Shown here: one piece after another, positions 14,590 through 29,357 of the stretch
How positions within the stretch are numbered: position 1 is the stretch's first letter
How the letters are laid out: every line of letters begins with the position of its first letter
Assembly (NCBI RefSeq): GCF_009914755.1
Contig: NC_060934.1
Source: the human T2T-CHM13v2.0 reference genome, Homo sapiens
DNA length: 64,000 nt
Direction: 5' to 3' (one strand)
The notes under the pieces: generated by a model
The model's database searches: none
Told to the model about the DNA's origin: nothing
What the model saw: the letters and a program-made list of their open reading frames with translations, nothing else
Made by a program: the position numbers and the translations under genes

Positions 14590-17560
14590 TTGAGGAAGGA
14601 CCCCAATACATTGATGACAATTTATGCTGTTAGTCTTTATTCCATCCTTCCCCAAGGAGACCTCCGGCCTTTTACCAGGGTAACTGTGCACTGGGGAAAG
14701 GGAAATGATCAGACATTTCGAGGACTAGTGGACACTGGCTCTGAGGTGACGCTGGTTTCAAAACGTCATTGTGGTCCCCCAGTTAAAATAGGGGCTTATG
14801 GAGGTCAGGTAATTAATGGAATTTTAGCTCAGGTTTGACTTACAGTGGGTCCAGTGGGACCCCGGACTCATCCTGTGGTCATTTCCCCAGTGCCAGAATG
14901 CATAATTTGCATAGGCATACTTAGCAGCTGGTAGTACCCCCACATTGGCTCCCTGACTGGTAGGGTGAAGACTATTATGGTGGGAAAGGCCAAATGGAAG
15001 CCATTAGAGCTGCCTCTACCTAGAAAAATAGTAAATCAAAAACAATATCGCATCCCTTGGGGGGATTGCAGAGATTAGTGCCACCATCAGGGACTTGAAG
15101 GACACAGGGGTGGTGATTCTCAGCACATCCGCACTTGACACTTCCATCTGGCCTGTGCAGAAGACAGGTGGATCTTGGAGAATGACAGTGGATTGTCATA
15201 AGCTTAACCAAGTGGTGATTCCAATTGCGGCTGCTGTACCAGACGTAGTTTCATTGCTTGAGAAAATTAACACATCTCCTGGTACTTGGTATGCAGCTAT
15301 TGACTTGGCAAATGCCTTTTTCTCCATTCCTGCCCATATGGCCCACCAGAAGCAATTTGCCTTCAGCTGGCAAGGCCAGCAATATACCTTTACCATCCTA
15401 CCTCAGGGGTATATCAACTCTCTGGCTTTGTGTCATAATCTTATTTGGAGAGACCTTGATCACCACGCTTCCTCAAGATATCACACTGGTGCATTACATT
15501 GATGACATTATGCTGATTGGATCCAGTGAGCAAGAAGAAGCAAACACACTGTACTTATTGGTGAGACATTTGCATGCCAGAGGATGTGAAATAAATGAGA
15601 CTAAAATTCAGGGACCTTGTACTTCAGTAAAATTTCTAGAGGTCCAGTGGTATGGGGCCTATTGGGATATTCCTTCTAAGGTGAGGGATAAGTTGCTGCA
15701 TTTGGCCCCTCCTACAACCAAGAAAGAAGCACAATGCCTAGTGGGCCTACTTGGATTTTGGAGGCAACACATTCCTCATTTAGGGGTGTTACTCTGGCCC
15801 ATTTATTGAGTGACCCAAAAGGCTGCCAGTTTTGAGTGGGATCCAGAACAGGAGAAGGCTCTGCAACAGGTCCAGGCTGCTGTACAAGCTGCTCTGCCAC
15901 TTGGGCCATGTGACCCAGCAGATCCAGTGGTGCTTGAGGTGTCAGTGGCAGATAGGGATGCTATTTGGAGCCTTTGGCAGGCCCTTATAGATGAATCACA
16001 GCAGAGGCCTCTAGGATTTTGGAGCAAGGCTCTGCCATCTTCTGCAGATAACTACTCTCCTTTTGAGAGACAGCTCTTGGTCTGTTACTGGGCTTTGGTG
16101 GAAACTGAACATTTGACTATAGGTCACCAAGTCACCATGTGACCTGAACTGCCTATCATGAACTGGGTGCTTTCTGACCCATCTAGCCATAAAGTGGGTC
16201 ATGCACAGCAACATTTTATCATCAAATGGAAGTGGTATATATGTGATCAGGTTCAAGCAGGTCTTGAAGGCACAAGTTACATGAGGAAGTGGCTCAAATG
16301 CCCATAGTTTCCACTCCTGCCACCCTGCCTTCTCCAGCCTGCACCAATGGCCTCATGGGGAGTTCCCTATGATCAGTTGACAGAGGAAGAGAAGACCAAG
16401 GCCTGGTTCAGAGATGGCTCTGCATGATATGCAGGCACCACCCAAAAGTGGACAGCTGCAGCACTACAGCCCCTTTCTAGGACATACCTGAAGGACAGCG
16501 GTGAAGGGAAATCTTCCCAGTGGGCAGAACTTCGAGCAGTGCACCTGGTTGTGCACTTTGCATGGAAGGAGAAATGGCCAGATGTGCGATTATATACTGA
16601 TTCATGGGCTGTAGCCAATGGTTTGGCTGGATGGTCAGGGGCTCGGAAGAGGCATAATTAGAAAAGTGGTGACAAAGAAATTTGGGGAAGAGGTATGTGG
16701 ATGGACCTCTCTGAGTGGTCAAATACTGTGAAAATGTTTGTATCCCATGTGAGTGCTCACCAATGGGTGACCTTAGCAGAGGAGGATTTTAGTAATCAAG
16801 TGGATAGGTTGACCCATTCTTTGGACACCACTCAGCCTCTTTCTCCAGCTACCCCTGTCGTTGCCCAATGGGCCCATGAACAAAGTGGCCATGGTGGCAA
16901 GGATAGAGGCAACTCATGGGCTTAGCAACATGGGCTTCCACTCACCAAGGCTGACTTGGCTATGGCCACTGCTGAGTGCCCAGTTTGCCAGCAGCAGAGA
17001 CCAACACTGAGCCCTCGATATGGCACCATTCTTCGGGGTGATCAGCCAGCTACCTGGTGACAGGTTAATTATATTGGACCTCTTCCATCATGGAAAGGGC
17101 AGATGTTTGTCCTCACTGGAATAGACACTTACTCTGGATATGGGTTTGCCTATCCTGCATGCAGTACTTCTGCCAAGGCTACCATCCGTGGACTCACGGA
17201 ATGCCTTATCCACCGTCAAGGTGTTCCACAGAGCATTGCCTCTGACCAAGGCACTCACTTTATGGCTAAGGAAGTGTGGCAGTGGGCTCATGCTCATGGA
17301 ATTGACTGGTCTCATTGTGTTCCCCATCATCCTGAAGCAGCTGGATTGATAGAATGGCGGAATGGCCTTTTGAAGTCACAATTACAACGCCAACTAGGTG
17401 ACAATACTTTGCAGGGCTGGGGCAAAGTTCTCCAGAAGGCCATGTATACTCTGAATCAGCATCCAATATATGGTACTGTTTCTCCCATAGCCAGGATTCA
17501 AGGGTCCAGGAATCAGGGGTGGAAGTGGAAGTGACACCACTCGCCATCACCCCTAGTGAT
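14590..17560 (+). pseudogene. HERV-L pro-pol remnant (protease, RT, RNase H, integrase)
   Basis: Protease LVDTGSE, RT IDLANAFFSIP / LPQG / HYIDD, connection FWSKAL...YSPFERQLL, integrase GIDTYSG / IASDQGTHF / HHPEAAGLIE. Broken into many short ORFs. Confidence 0.92.
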
Positions 17561-17579
17561 CCACTAGCAAAATTTTTGT

Positions 17580-17960
17580 TTCCTGTTTCACGACATTATG
17601 TTCTGCTGGCCTAGAGGTCTTAGTTCCAGAGGGAGGAACACTGCCACCAGAAGACCTAACAATGATTCCATTAAACTGGATGTTAAGATTGCCACCTGGA
17701 CACTTTTGGCTTCTCCTACCTTTAAGTCAACAGGCTAAGAAGGGAGTTACAGTGTTGGCTGGGGTGATTGACCCAGACTCTCAAGATAAAATCAGTCTAC
17801 TACTCTGCAACAGAGGTAAAGAAGAGTATGCATGGAATAAAGGAGATCCATTATGGTGTCTCTTAGTATTCCCATGCCCTGTGATTAAGGTCAATGGGAA
17901 ACTACAACAGCCCAATCCAGGCAGGACTACAAATGGCCCAGACCCTTCAGGATTGAAGGT
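17580..17960 (+). pseudogene. HERV-L dUTPase remnant
   Basis: LRLPPGHF...GVTVLAGVIDPD (dUTPase motif 3) downstream of integrase, the position characteristic of ERV-L. Confidence 0.8.
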
Positions 17961-18280
17961 TTGGGTACTCCAGCAGAAAAAAAAACCCCACGACCTGCTG
18001 AGGTGCTTGCTGAAGGCAAAGGGTAGTAGAGAGGGTAGTAGAATGGGTAGTAGAAGAAGGTAGTCATCAATAGCAGCTAGGACCACATGACCAGCTGCAG
18101 AAACGAGGACTGTAATTGTCTTGAGTATTTCCTCCTCCTTTTGTTAAAAACATGTTTGTGCATGTATACACTTGTACTAAGAAAATATTTTCATTTTATT
18201 TCCTTTTCATATCAGCATTTAAGTATTGTTAACTTTATGTAATAGTATTTGGGTTGGGGATTGGTGCGTTTCTGGTTCAT

Positions 18281-18450
18281 AACAGTTCCCACCAAGGACT
18301 ATCAGTGTTCTCCATACTGTTAGAAGTAGAGTCCTTAGCATTTTGGGGACTAAATCATATTAAGCAGCCAACTCCAGAAACCCCAAAGCCAATGAAAGAA
18401 CTCCATCCTTAATATTCTGTTCTTCTAGAACCACTCCTAGTATCAAAATC
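18281..18450 (-). mobile_element. Second HERV-L leader (first ~170 bp of internal region), inverted
   Basis: Reverse complement aligns, with multiple mismatches, to 12767-12935, including the PBS-like sequence at 18431-18445. Confidence 0.9.
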
Positions 18451-19285
<835 letters not shown>

Positions 19286-20417
19286 TTGCACTAACCAGGA
19301 CTTCCAGTACAATGCTAAATTAAAATGGTGAGAGCAACATCTCTGCCTTCTTAATGTTAGAAGGAAAAGTATTGCATGTTTCATCATGAATACAATGTTA
19401 GCTGTAGGATTTTTATAGATGCCTTTTATTAAGTTGAGGAAGTTCCCTTCTATTTCTTGTTTGCTGAGTTTTAGTCCGACATGGATATTGAATTCCATCA
19501 GTACTTTTTCTGCATGTGTTAGGCTAATTGTTTTTTTTCTTTTATTGACATGGTGAATTACTTTGATTTTTAAATGTTAAACCAACTTCACACACTTTGG
19601 GTAAACACCATTTGGTCATAATATCATTTTTACATAGTATTGGATTTGATTTAAATCAGATTAGATTTGATATGCTGTTAAGGACTTATACAACTATGTT
19701 CCTGAGGGATGTTGTCTGTACTTTTCTCATAATGTATCTGTCTGGTTTCAGTATTAAGGTTTAGCTGGCTTCATAAACTAAATTAAGAAATGCTCCTCCT
19801 CTGCTATTTCCTGAGCTACTTTGTGTAAGATTGGTATAATTTCTTCCTTAAATGTTTGATATAATTTGCCAGTAAAGCAATCTGAATTTACATTTTCTCT
19901 TATAGAAAGATTTTAAATAGGTATAGAGGCTCTTCAGATTTTCTATTTCCTCTTGTGTCACTTTTGATAGTTTGTGTCTTTCAATGAATTTATCTATTTT
20001 ATATAAATTGTTGACTTCATTGACATAAAGTTTTAAAAAATACTTATTTTACTACCCTTAACATTAGTAGGATCTGAACAAGTGATTATTTTGTTCTGGA
20101 TATTGGTAATTTGAATCTTCTCTGCTCTTTTTCTTGATGAATTTAGCTAGGAATTTATCAATACAATTTTATTGATATTTCTAAAGAACCAGCTTTTTCT
20201 TTCTTTGATTTTTCTTGTCAGTGTTTTTTTTTTATTTCATTGATTTCTGCCCTAATACTTAGTGGTTTTTTTTTTTTTTTACTTGAGTGTAATTTAATCT
20301 TCTTATGGCTTCTTTAGGTAATTGTTTTTAGCCCTTTCTTTTTTTTAAAAAAACTTTAGCCTTTAAAACTATATATTTCCCTCTAAGCTCTGCTTTAAAT
20401 GCATCTCACACATTTAA
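19286..20417 (-). mobile_element. Old L1M ORF2 fragment
   Basis: Degenerate reverse ORF2 (LSKQEIEGNFLNLIKGIYKNPTANI, 19274-19498), homologous to the L1PA region from ~11610 onward but much more diverged. Confidence 0.8.
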
Positions 20418-20459
20418 AAATATTTTTGTTCAGTCTGTGGCTTACCTTTTCATTTTCTT

Positions 20460-20700
20460 AACAGTGTATTTTGAAGAGCAGACATTTTGAATTTTAATAA
20501 GGCCCAACTTGTTCTTCTTTTTCTGATGTGGTTTGTACTTTTCTTGTTTTGTCTAAGTAATTTTTGCCTACTCAGATAGTAAGGAATTTTGCCTGCATTT
20601 TTCTGTAGAAGTTTGATTATAGTTTTAGCTTTTATGTTCATATTTATGACCTATTTAGAGTTAATTTTATGTAAGATGTGAGGTTAGAGGTTCATTTAAA
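20460..20700 (-). mobile_element. Continuation of the host L1M
   Basis: Continues the L1 sequence interrupted at 9570 (aacagtgtattttgaagagcag...). Confidence 0.78.
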
Positions 20701-21165
20701 AAATTTTTATTTTAAATTTTGAAATATACAATACACTTTTGTTGACTATAGTCACCATGTTGTGTAATAGATTTCAAAAACTTATGTCTCCTGTCTAACT
20801 GTAACTTTTTACTTTTTGATCAACATCTTCCCTTACCCTTTCCCCATCCTCCCAGCCTCTGGTAACCACCATTCTACTCTCTACTTCTATAAGTTTAGCT
20901 TTTTTAGATTCCACATATAAGTGAGATCATGTGGTATTTGTCTTTCTGTGCCAGGCTTATTTCACTTAGTATAATGTCCTCCACGTTCATCCATGTTGTT
21001 GCAAGTGACAGAATTTTCTTCTTATCAAGGCTGAGTAGTATTCCATTGTGTGTATATACCACATTTTCTCTATCCATTTGTTCACTGCTTGATACTTTGG
21101 TTGGTTTCATATCTTGGCTATTGTAAATAATGCAGCATTGAACATGGGAGTGCAGCTGTCTCTTA
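20701..21165 (-). mobile_element. L1MA-type 3' end fragment
   Basis: ctatagtcaccatgttgtg...gattccacatataagtgagatcatgtggtatttgtctttctgtg. Confidence 0.8.
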
Positions 21166-21184
21166 AATTTGAATGCACACTTTT

Positions 21185-21370
21185 CCTCTTATAGCTGTTT
21201 GATCTCAGGCATGTTAAGTAACCTCTCCAGCTTTTGGATGTTCATTAGTAAAATGAGAGTAATAATAGCACCCATCTCACTGGATTCCTATGAGGATTAT
21301 AGGATATTGATTACATGTGATGTGTGCATAGTGCCTGGCACATAGTAAGTGCCCAACAATTGTCAGCACT
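21185..21370 (+). mobile_element. MIR
   Basis: gtaaaatgagagtaataatagcacc...gtgcctggcacatagtaagtgc core. Confidence 0.75.
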
Positions 21371-21695
21371 TACCTAAAAATCATCTCTTTGCTCCTAACA
21401 ATAGCCTGGAAAGTTTTAAAATATTGTTCTAAGTGGTCAGTTGAAGGATAATAAACATCATGGAAATTGCTTAACTGTTGTCTGAGTGGATATGGTCAAG
21501 GATCTTCAATGGATTATGAGGCCTTATATTATGCTTTTTAAATAGATATTAGGAAGTTGAATGGCTATTAAAGTATATTGTATCAATTCTGTCTCTTTCA
21601 CATAAGTGATTAATCTTTTTTACAGTTCATCTGAGACAGAATGCCAGGAACTCTTTCCTCGAGTTCCAAAATAACACTTCTCTTCTGTGGCTTAA

Positions 21696-21914
<219 letters not shown>

Positions 21915-22007
21915 TAATAAGCATAACAAAAACAGGAATAGCCTCCATCACAAAGGCTTTAAAAAACCCTGATATCTGGCTTCACTGCAGAATCTCTGGA
22001 AGAGGAC

Positions 22008-22183
22008 CCTGCATTCTCAAACCTGGTTGTACATGGGAATTACCTGGGGAACTTTTAGTAATATTGATGTCTGGGTCCCTCTCCAGATATTCTGATTTCA
22101 CTGGCCTTGGTGTGATGTGGGCCTCAGGATTTTTTAAAGCTCCCATGTGATTTTGATGCTCAGCTAGGCTTGAGAATAGCTGC
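22008..22183. mobile_element. MER5-like MITE
   Basis: ttctcaaacctgg...gaattacctgggga...attctgatt...ttgagaa terminal inverted structure. Confidence 0.75.
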
Positions 22184-23327
22184 TTTATATACAGTATCTC
22201 CTCCATGAGAGAAGCCCCCTTCACACACACACAGCTTCACCAGGGAGAGGAAGCAATTTCCTGGATTGTGGAACTTGATTTCTGGAGGCAAGACTTAAAC
22301 TGATAAGCCCCTTTGATTAATCCTATCGTGCCCCACATCATGGTTTACTTCAATCTGTAATCTAATTGGATTTACCCAATCCCCCATCCCTCCTCTACCT
22401 TATTGTGCCCTCTGAACTCTTACCTGTGGTTGGCAAACTTCCCTATGTCCTCAACCTTTTCTCTGAATGGAAGTTCCCCTTTCTTTTCTTGCCCTAAAGG
22501 AGACCCAGCTTACCCCTTCTACCCTTGTAGTCCTCTTATACGTAGACCTTTTTCTTGTTAAATCTCACATACACCATGCTCTTCAGGTTGAGAATATGGA
22601 GCAGATGTCATCCTTGCTCTGCATTACTGCATTTATTCTTATTTTTTTCTTCTGAATGTCAATGTATTTGAATTTGGACCACCTGGCTCTACCATCTACC
22701 AATCCTTCAGATTGCATTCATCTACCTACCCACCTCCTGGTCATGCTCCTTATGCCCCAAGGGCCTTACCCTTTAGCTTAGTGTTTGCTTTTCCATCCCT
22801 AAATCTCTTATTGCTTCTGGTGACTTCAGCAACTATGTGGATGACTCACGCAATGCCCCAGGGCTCTCAGTTACTTGAGTTCCTCAGTTCCAACAACTTT
22901 TTCTCCCTTCTACCTCATGTCACCATCCAATTATTTCACCAGTCTTGAAATTTTGGTTTTAAATATTCTGTTGTCTGACAATGGCTTCCTAATCTTCCAG
23001 ATAATATGGTCTAGAATAACCAATACAACTGTTTTCCAACTTTGTTGAGCCCTTCGAAACATCAGCTCCCCTACTTTGTTACTATTTATCTCGTTTTTCC
23101 TTTCCCTTCTTATACAGCTTTGATTTTGTGGCTCACAATTGTTATTGTTTCCATGAAAACACTTTCAACTCCCTTGACCCTCCATCTCTGCTGGAATGGA
23201 CTGGCAACTCTGCTAGTGTGAGTGTGCTTCCACTGCCTTCTTTCTACCACCGTGGGAACCTGCTTTCTGACTTTTAACTCATGGCTTGCTTCATACTTTG
23301 GGAATGCCAAAGTCATAATCTTCCCAC

Positions 23328-23770
23328 TGATGCAGGATTTCTTTCCCCTTAGCTCAGCTAGGTCCAGGTTCTTGTCTCATGACCAGGAAAAATTAGGCAT
23401 GTGGACACTTGAAGAGTAAGTGGAGTAGAATTTATTAAGCAAAAGGAAAGCTCTCAGCAAAGAGAGGGGTCCTGAAAGCAGGTTCCCAGTTGCCTCCTTC
23501 ACAGTGGAATACCAGGGCTTTTATATATAAGCTGATGGGTCTGGGTTCACTATTTGTATAAGGCACAAATTCCTAGTGGCTCCACCCTATTCCCCTAGTG
23601 CATATACAGGCCCTTAGTCTGCTGTGGGCATATTTAGGCAAGCACCTTGTGCAAGTTCCCTTATCTGCACAAAACATCTGGTGCAAGCACCTGCAGGGTG
23701 GGTTGGAGGCTCTCCAGGGAACTTTCCTTGCCTTACTGTTTGCCTAAAGCAAGCTGGCTAACTCCTTTCA
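23328..23770 (-). mobile_element. ERV1-class solo LTR (MER48-like)
   Basis: TG...CA termini, 443 bp, 4-bp TSD ccac (23324-23327 and 23771-23774), reverse poly(A) signal tttatt at ~23432. Confidence 0.8.
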
Positions 23771-23852
23771 CCACCAACAAACCTACAAATCTACTTTCAG
23801 TGGTGCCTGTCTTCTCTACTTCCCTATCATTAAGAAGTATGACATGCCTTTA

Positions 23853-24022
23853 CTTCTTTTTTTATTTTTTAATTTTTTTTTAAATTTTATTTTTGAAACT
23901 TTTTTAGAGGCAGGGTCTCACTATATTGCCCAGGGCAGTCTCAAACTCCTGTGCTCAAGTGATCCTCCTGCCTCGGCCTCCCACAGGGCTAGGACTACAG
24001 GTATAAGCCAATGTGCCTGGCT
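23853..24022 (-). mobile_element. Alu monomer (FLAM-like)
   Basis: T-rich tail, then agaggcagggtctcactatattgcccagg...tgcctggc. Confidence 0.85.
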
Positions 24023-24489
24023 TATGCCCCTACTTCTATCAAAAGCCAAACTCTTCCTGTGCTCTGGAACTTATCTCCTCACTTTCTCAAGGGCTTGCTA
24101 TTTTAGCAAGCTTTATCACCTCTCTCCTGCATTATTGGTTTTTCCTCTACAAGCTCATTACCACTATCTTGCAGATATTTGTACTAGCATGACCCATTAA
24201 GAAAACAACAGTCTTTCTTGATTTCATATCCTCTCAGCTCACCCCAATTCTTTCTCTTCTAGAAAATCTTCTTGAACCCACTGTCGCTTCTTGTATCCTT
24301 CTCACTTTTTAATTCTCTAGAATTTAGCTTTGATCTCCAACATACTTTTGGAAACATTTAAATCCAGCAGAAATTTTCCTGTCCTAATCTTATACAATCT
24401 CTCAACTACATTTGCTCCAACTGACTATTTTCTCCTTGAAGCACTGTTCTGTAGAATATCCCCTGAAATAAAATTGTTTTTTTTTAATG

Positions 24490-24690
24490 ACTAGATTGGG
24501 TTATGGCCTTCTGGGAAGTATACCACAGAGGCAAAGTCCCTCATATCAGGAGGTATGTGATAGCCACACAACTTCACTGATGATGTTCACTTTCAGCATT
24601 TGGTTAAGGTAGTATTGTCAGGTTTCCCACTGTAAAATCACTGTTTCTCTCTTTCTTGACTCTGTCCTTTGGGAGCAAGTCACTAACTCT
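24490..24690 (-). mobile_element. L1MC-like 3' fragment
   Basis: taccacagagg...tgatgttcactttcagcatttggttaaggtagt...cactgtaaa. Confidence 0.6.
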
Positions 24691-25084
24691 GGAGCAACCT
24701 CAGCCCAGAAAGGATTGGTAGTGATTAAGTTCCACCAAGGAAGATATTTTTTAAAATCCTGTTTTAAGATGAGGAAATGAGGGTTCAGAGATGTTAAATA
24801 ATCTCTCTGAACCCCAGTTCAGAGATGTTAAATAATGATGTTGGCTTATTACCTAAATAACTTATAACGATCTAACTTGTATTCATACAGGCAAACTTGC
24901 ATGGGGGATAAGCTTGATTGAAATGCTTTAAAAAAGAAAACCTTCAGGTAAATGCAAATACATGCTCTCATCAAGACACTTAACCATTTCTGCAGGCCGG
25001 TGTATAGGAAAATAAAAATCTAAAGAGATCACAAACATTTGCCATTGTTGTAGAAACCACCACACCTCTAGTTTGGAGAAAATA

Positions 25085-25216
25085 TTTTATTTTTACTTTT
25101 AGAGACTGAGTCGTGCTGTGTTGCCCAGGCTAGCGTCGAACTCCAGGGCTCAAGCAATTCTCCTACCTTGGCCTCCTGAGTAGCTGGGACTACAGACGTG
25201 TGCCACCATGCCCGGT
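25085..25216 (-). mobile_element. Alu monomer (FLAM-like)
   Basis: Single Alu arm in reverse with a T-rich tail. Confidence 0.8.
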
Positions 25217-28200
25217 CAGAGACGAAAAGATTTTAGAGAAGTGGATTTCAACCTGTGATTGGAATTCTGTGATTTGGATCTGGCTTGGAGATGTGTTTCA
25301 TTGGGCCTACATGGTGTTTAAAATTATTTTCTGATTTGGTTGTCAACTTTTAAAAACTGAGACATTTCACATACCAATTCAGGTTGAATGCTTCTCTTGG
25401 AGATTTGAAAGCTCTGGCAGTGTTGGATCTTCATTTATCTCTGACGACGCTCACATGGTGCCAAATCACAGCTTCTTCCTATGAATGAGCCACTCTCTGG
25501 TTCTCTTCAATCCCTTATAACCTACCTGGGATGATTTTTGGTTTTCATAGTTGTCTGAGCTCAACACTCCTGCTGAGAGGAATGAGATCACCGTCCTTTC
25601 TTGGTTGAGGGGTCACCAACTCAGAAGCGAGAGTTGACGTATTCTTAGAGCTCCTGAAAGTGACACCAGTATCAAAGACTCAAGTTGTAGGAGACAGTCT
25701 CCAGCAATGTAAGGCAGAATGTTCTGTAGATTTTTGCCGTCAGGCAACCCAACAGGCTGCCTCAAATATGGTAACCTTCTTGTCACCTGGAGTGTTTAAG
25801 CAGAGAAGACGTCATGAATCAGGGCTATCAAAGACAGTATTTGTGTATCACAGAAGCTTGGAGCAAAGACATTGGAAGAAGTGCTTCCAACTCAAATATT
25901 ATGCAACCCCACTTTCCTGAAGAATTAATAAACTTAATGGAATGGTAATTCTACCCGTAAAGAGGTAATTATACCTAATAACTGATTATATTGAGACAAC
26001 TGCATTAAAGCACTCAATTTAAAAAAATATGCAAAGACTACAGGGAACTGACTGAAGATGTAAAGCTGCAGGCAATGGTGAGAAATGACCAGAGATGTGG
26101 GGAGAAAATTGGTCACAGGAGAAGGTAATGGGAAGACAAGCAGCTCGTGTTTTGTTTCAGATGGAGGGTGAAGAGGGGGTGAGGGAATGATGCAGTTAAA
26201 GGGGCAGCATGCTCATCATTAGGCAAACTGCATGCCTGGATTTTATCTTGTGGTCGAATGGCCTTGATTTTCTTGAAATAAAAGGAAAGCCAAGAATAGT
26301 ATAAACAGTGCACAACCTCACCTAAACACGGCCTAGTGAAGATGGTGTTTTAATCTTTTTGTTCTGGGGTGTTATGTAAACTGGTGATAGTATGGTTTTT
26401 AGTTTAGGTGGTTAAATACTTGAGCACTCTTTAGTTTGTTACTGGAGAGATTGTTCTAGCTTTGCCCTGAGTTGCAAAGTTTGGGCAGTCTTACTGTTGC
26501 GACCCATATTTATGTTTTTACGGAAAGTTAAGTGATTTGGTATAAGGCTGTTTATGTTTACAGATGTGAAAATTTGCCCGAGGAAGCATTTTTTCTCTGC
26601 CTCTGTTTTTATCTATGAAGAGGATTTTGGAGATTATTCTGAAATTAGTTTGAGATGTTGTGTGACCAAATTAAGACAAGTAGAACACACCTATCCATCA
26701 GGTGGCTTATTACCCTAACAGCAATAGAGATGTTAACCTCCTTGGTGTCAGTGATGGTTGAGATGAGAAAGGAATGCTTGTAGCAGCTAATTATATCTCC
26801 CTGTATTAATTAACATATTAAGTGACAGTTTTGTTCACATCTTGTTTTCGTTAAGGAAAAAAGAAACGAACAGTTTTGTGCAGTTCTCTGAAGATTTGGA
26901 ATAGGAATCTTGGCTCTTGTCTTTAACAGATTTCAGGTCAAAATAAGAAAAGGAGAGAATGATTCCACTTGTGCTAGGTGGCTTAATAGAAAAAAAATTA
27001 ATGACTTTCATCTTATTTTGGTTCAGACGCCTACCTGAGATATGATTTGAAATGAGTTTCCTATTCTCGACTCCCCTTGTTGAAGACCTGGAGATTTATC
27101 AATATCTCACAACAACAAAGAACGTTGCTCAGTGCAATTTGACTCAGGTGTTGCTTTCTTCTCCAAAGTACCATCACGTCTTCTTAACTTCTATGGATTT
27201 AAGCAGGATTTATACTTTAGAAACCCAAGTGTGTATCCAAATCCTCTTGTTATTGTAAAGAACAACAACAAAAAGCCATACTCTCAATAAGCCAGTCTTG
27301 TTTTCTATAAACCTCTGAAGAAAGATTTGTACATTCCCCAGCCTGAGCATTAGAAGAAATAAACCCAGTTTGGAGGGCACCCCTCCTAGAAAGCGTTGTC
27401 TGAGAACAGACCCTGAGGCCCTGTAACTTTCCAAGCACTAATATGAAGGACTTGGCAAAGTGGCTACAGGGAGTTTGTCACTACTTCTTCTTCTTTAAAG
27501 TAGGCAGCAACTTACATTTATGTTTGTCTTTCTGGAACATTGTTGTGTCATGCTGTTATCTAGTCAGAGACATTTTTACTATTTCATATGGGATTTATAA
27601 CCACAGGGCTTATTTCCCTGCTGATGTTTAGCATTATGTTTAGAATTATGCCCACCTGACACTTCAGGAAATTTCCTCCAGCGAGGTTGTATTTAAGCCA
27701 GAAAGGGCCAAGCTGGTTCAGAGCCCACTGTTCAGCTGGTACTTTCTATGTAGTGTAAGACGGACTCTTTGAGTTAAATTGATTTAGCTCTTGCAGAGTT
27801 AACTCTACCTTCTGTTTTTTTATTTGAGTTTTTTTTTTTCACTTGGCATCCCTTTCCATTGGCCCCATATTAATATGTGGAAGATGCAGAAAATGTGGCC
27901 TGCAAACACTACATGAGTTAATCACATCTGAGATGTCTACAGATAGGCATACTATATGCAGGTATAGTTGGGGTGTTGCTGAGAAGGGTATGTGGGCATG
28001 TGGGAAGGATGGGACAGAATCAGACTTGGGTTAAATTCTGGTTCTTCCAATCACTAGTATTATTCATTAACTTCCCATCTTGAAAAATTCTTAGGGTTGT
28101 TGTAAGAGACCACTTAAAATAATAGGAGTACATCATAGAAGATGAATGGTAAACATTAGTTTAGTTATGAATAATAGCTATTTTTCTTGGGAAAAATACC

Positions 28201-29059
28201 AGGTTTAGGGTCCATGTGAATATTATAAATGTAGCTTGGTGTTTAATCACTTAGTTTCACATCTAAGATGCATCAACGGGCCTGAATAATTTTATTCCTT
28301 ATTTGGCCAGTAATCCTATCTCTTCCAAGATGAGCCTAGATATAAAAATTTAAAAATACTTTTGACTGAATACATGCATATCTCCATACCTGTGTGACAA
28401 AGGAGTCCATAAAAAGTACTGTATTATGCCAAGGCCCTTTGATCCTATTCAAATATCAAGATCTAAGTTTCAGCTATTTCAAAGGTCTGATAATGTCCAC
28501 CTTTATTCCCAACACAGAAATGACTCTTTATGGAACTCCTGACCCTAGGTGGAACATTTCTGCTGCTGCTCCCAGGAACCGCGCATCCCTTTCATACTCA
28601 GTGTGAACTGTCACTGATTATATCAAGAGCCCACCCCTTCATGTAGATGATAGAAAATGCACTGGCTTTTACTCAGCTGCTAATGAGTAATTGCTCTGTG
28701 GTCAGCCACAAATGTGGCCAGCCACAGCAGGGCTATTGTGAGAAGGCACACACTTTTATCCTTCAGGACCTCATGATGCTGCCATCAGATTGGGCCAAGA
28801 AGAGGCTGGCTGTTGAGCTGGCACTTTGCGAGCAGGAGATATATATATCCAAGACTTGATACTCAGCATGGTTGAGTAGCATTATTAAAAGACATGGCCA
28901 CTGAGTGTTCTGGATGGTTGGCCCATCTCTCTTCAGTAGCAAAGTTGACTTTGGAAACCAATTTAGGTCCTCAAAGGGCTGCTTGGTGCATATAGAATCA
29001 AAGTAATTAGATCAATAAGTTTCGAGGATTATTTTTTCCTTTTAAAAATTATACAAGCA

Positions 29060-29357
<298 letters not shown>

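Larger units (their letters stand above)
12767..18277 (+). mobile_element. HERV-L internal region, near complete, lacking the extreme 3' end and 3' LTR
   Basis: tRNA-Leu-type PBS-like sequence tgatactaggagtgg at 12772-12786, then gag-pro-pol-dUTPase remnants in ERV-L order with no env. Confidence 0.93.
22390..24450 (+). mobile_element. Fragmented L2 (interrupted by a solo LTR and an Alu monomer)
   Basis: Long C/T-rich degenerate sequence with L2-like segments (ctggtgacttca..., tctccttgaagcact). Confidence 0.55.

Noticed and set aside
13292-18063. HERV-L ORFs as a functional or domesticated retroviral gene
   Set aside because: gag, pro, pol and dut are broken by many stops and frameshifts. 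The longest piece is 183 aa and changes frame within RT.
26330-26670. Possible mitochondrial insertion (NUMT) suggested by G/T strand skew
   Set aside because: I could not match either strand to any mitochondrial gene I know. A BLAST against mtDNA would settle it.
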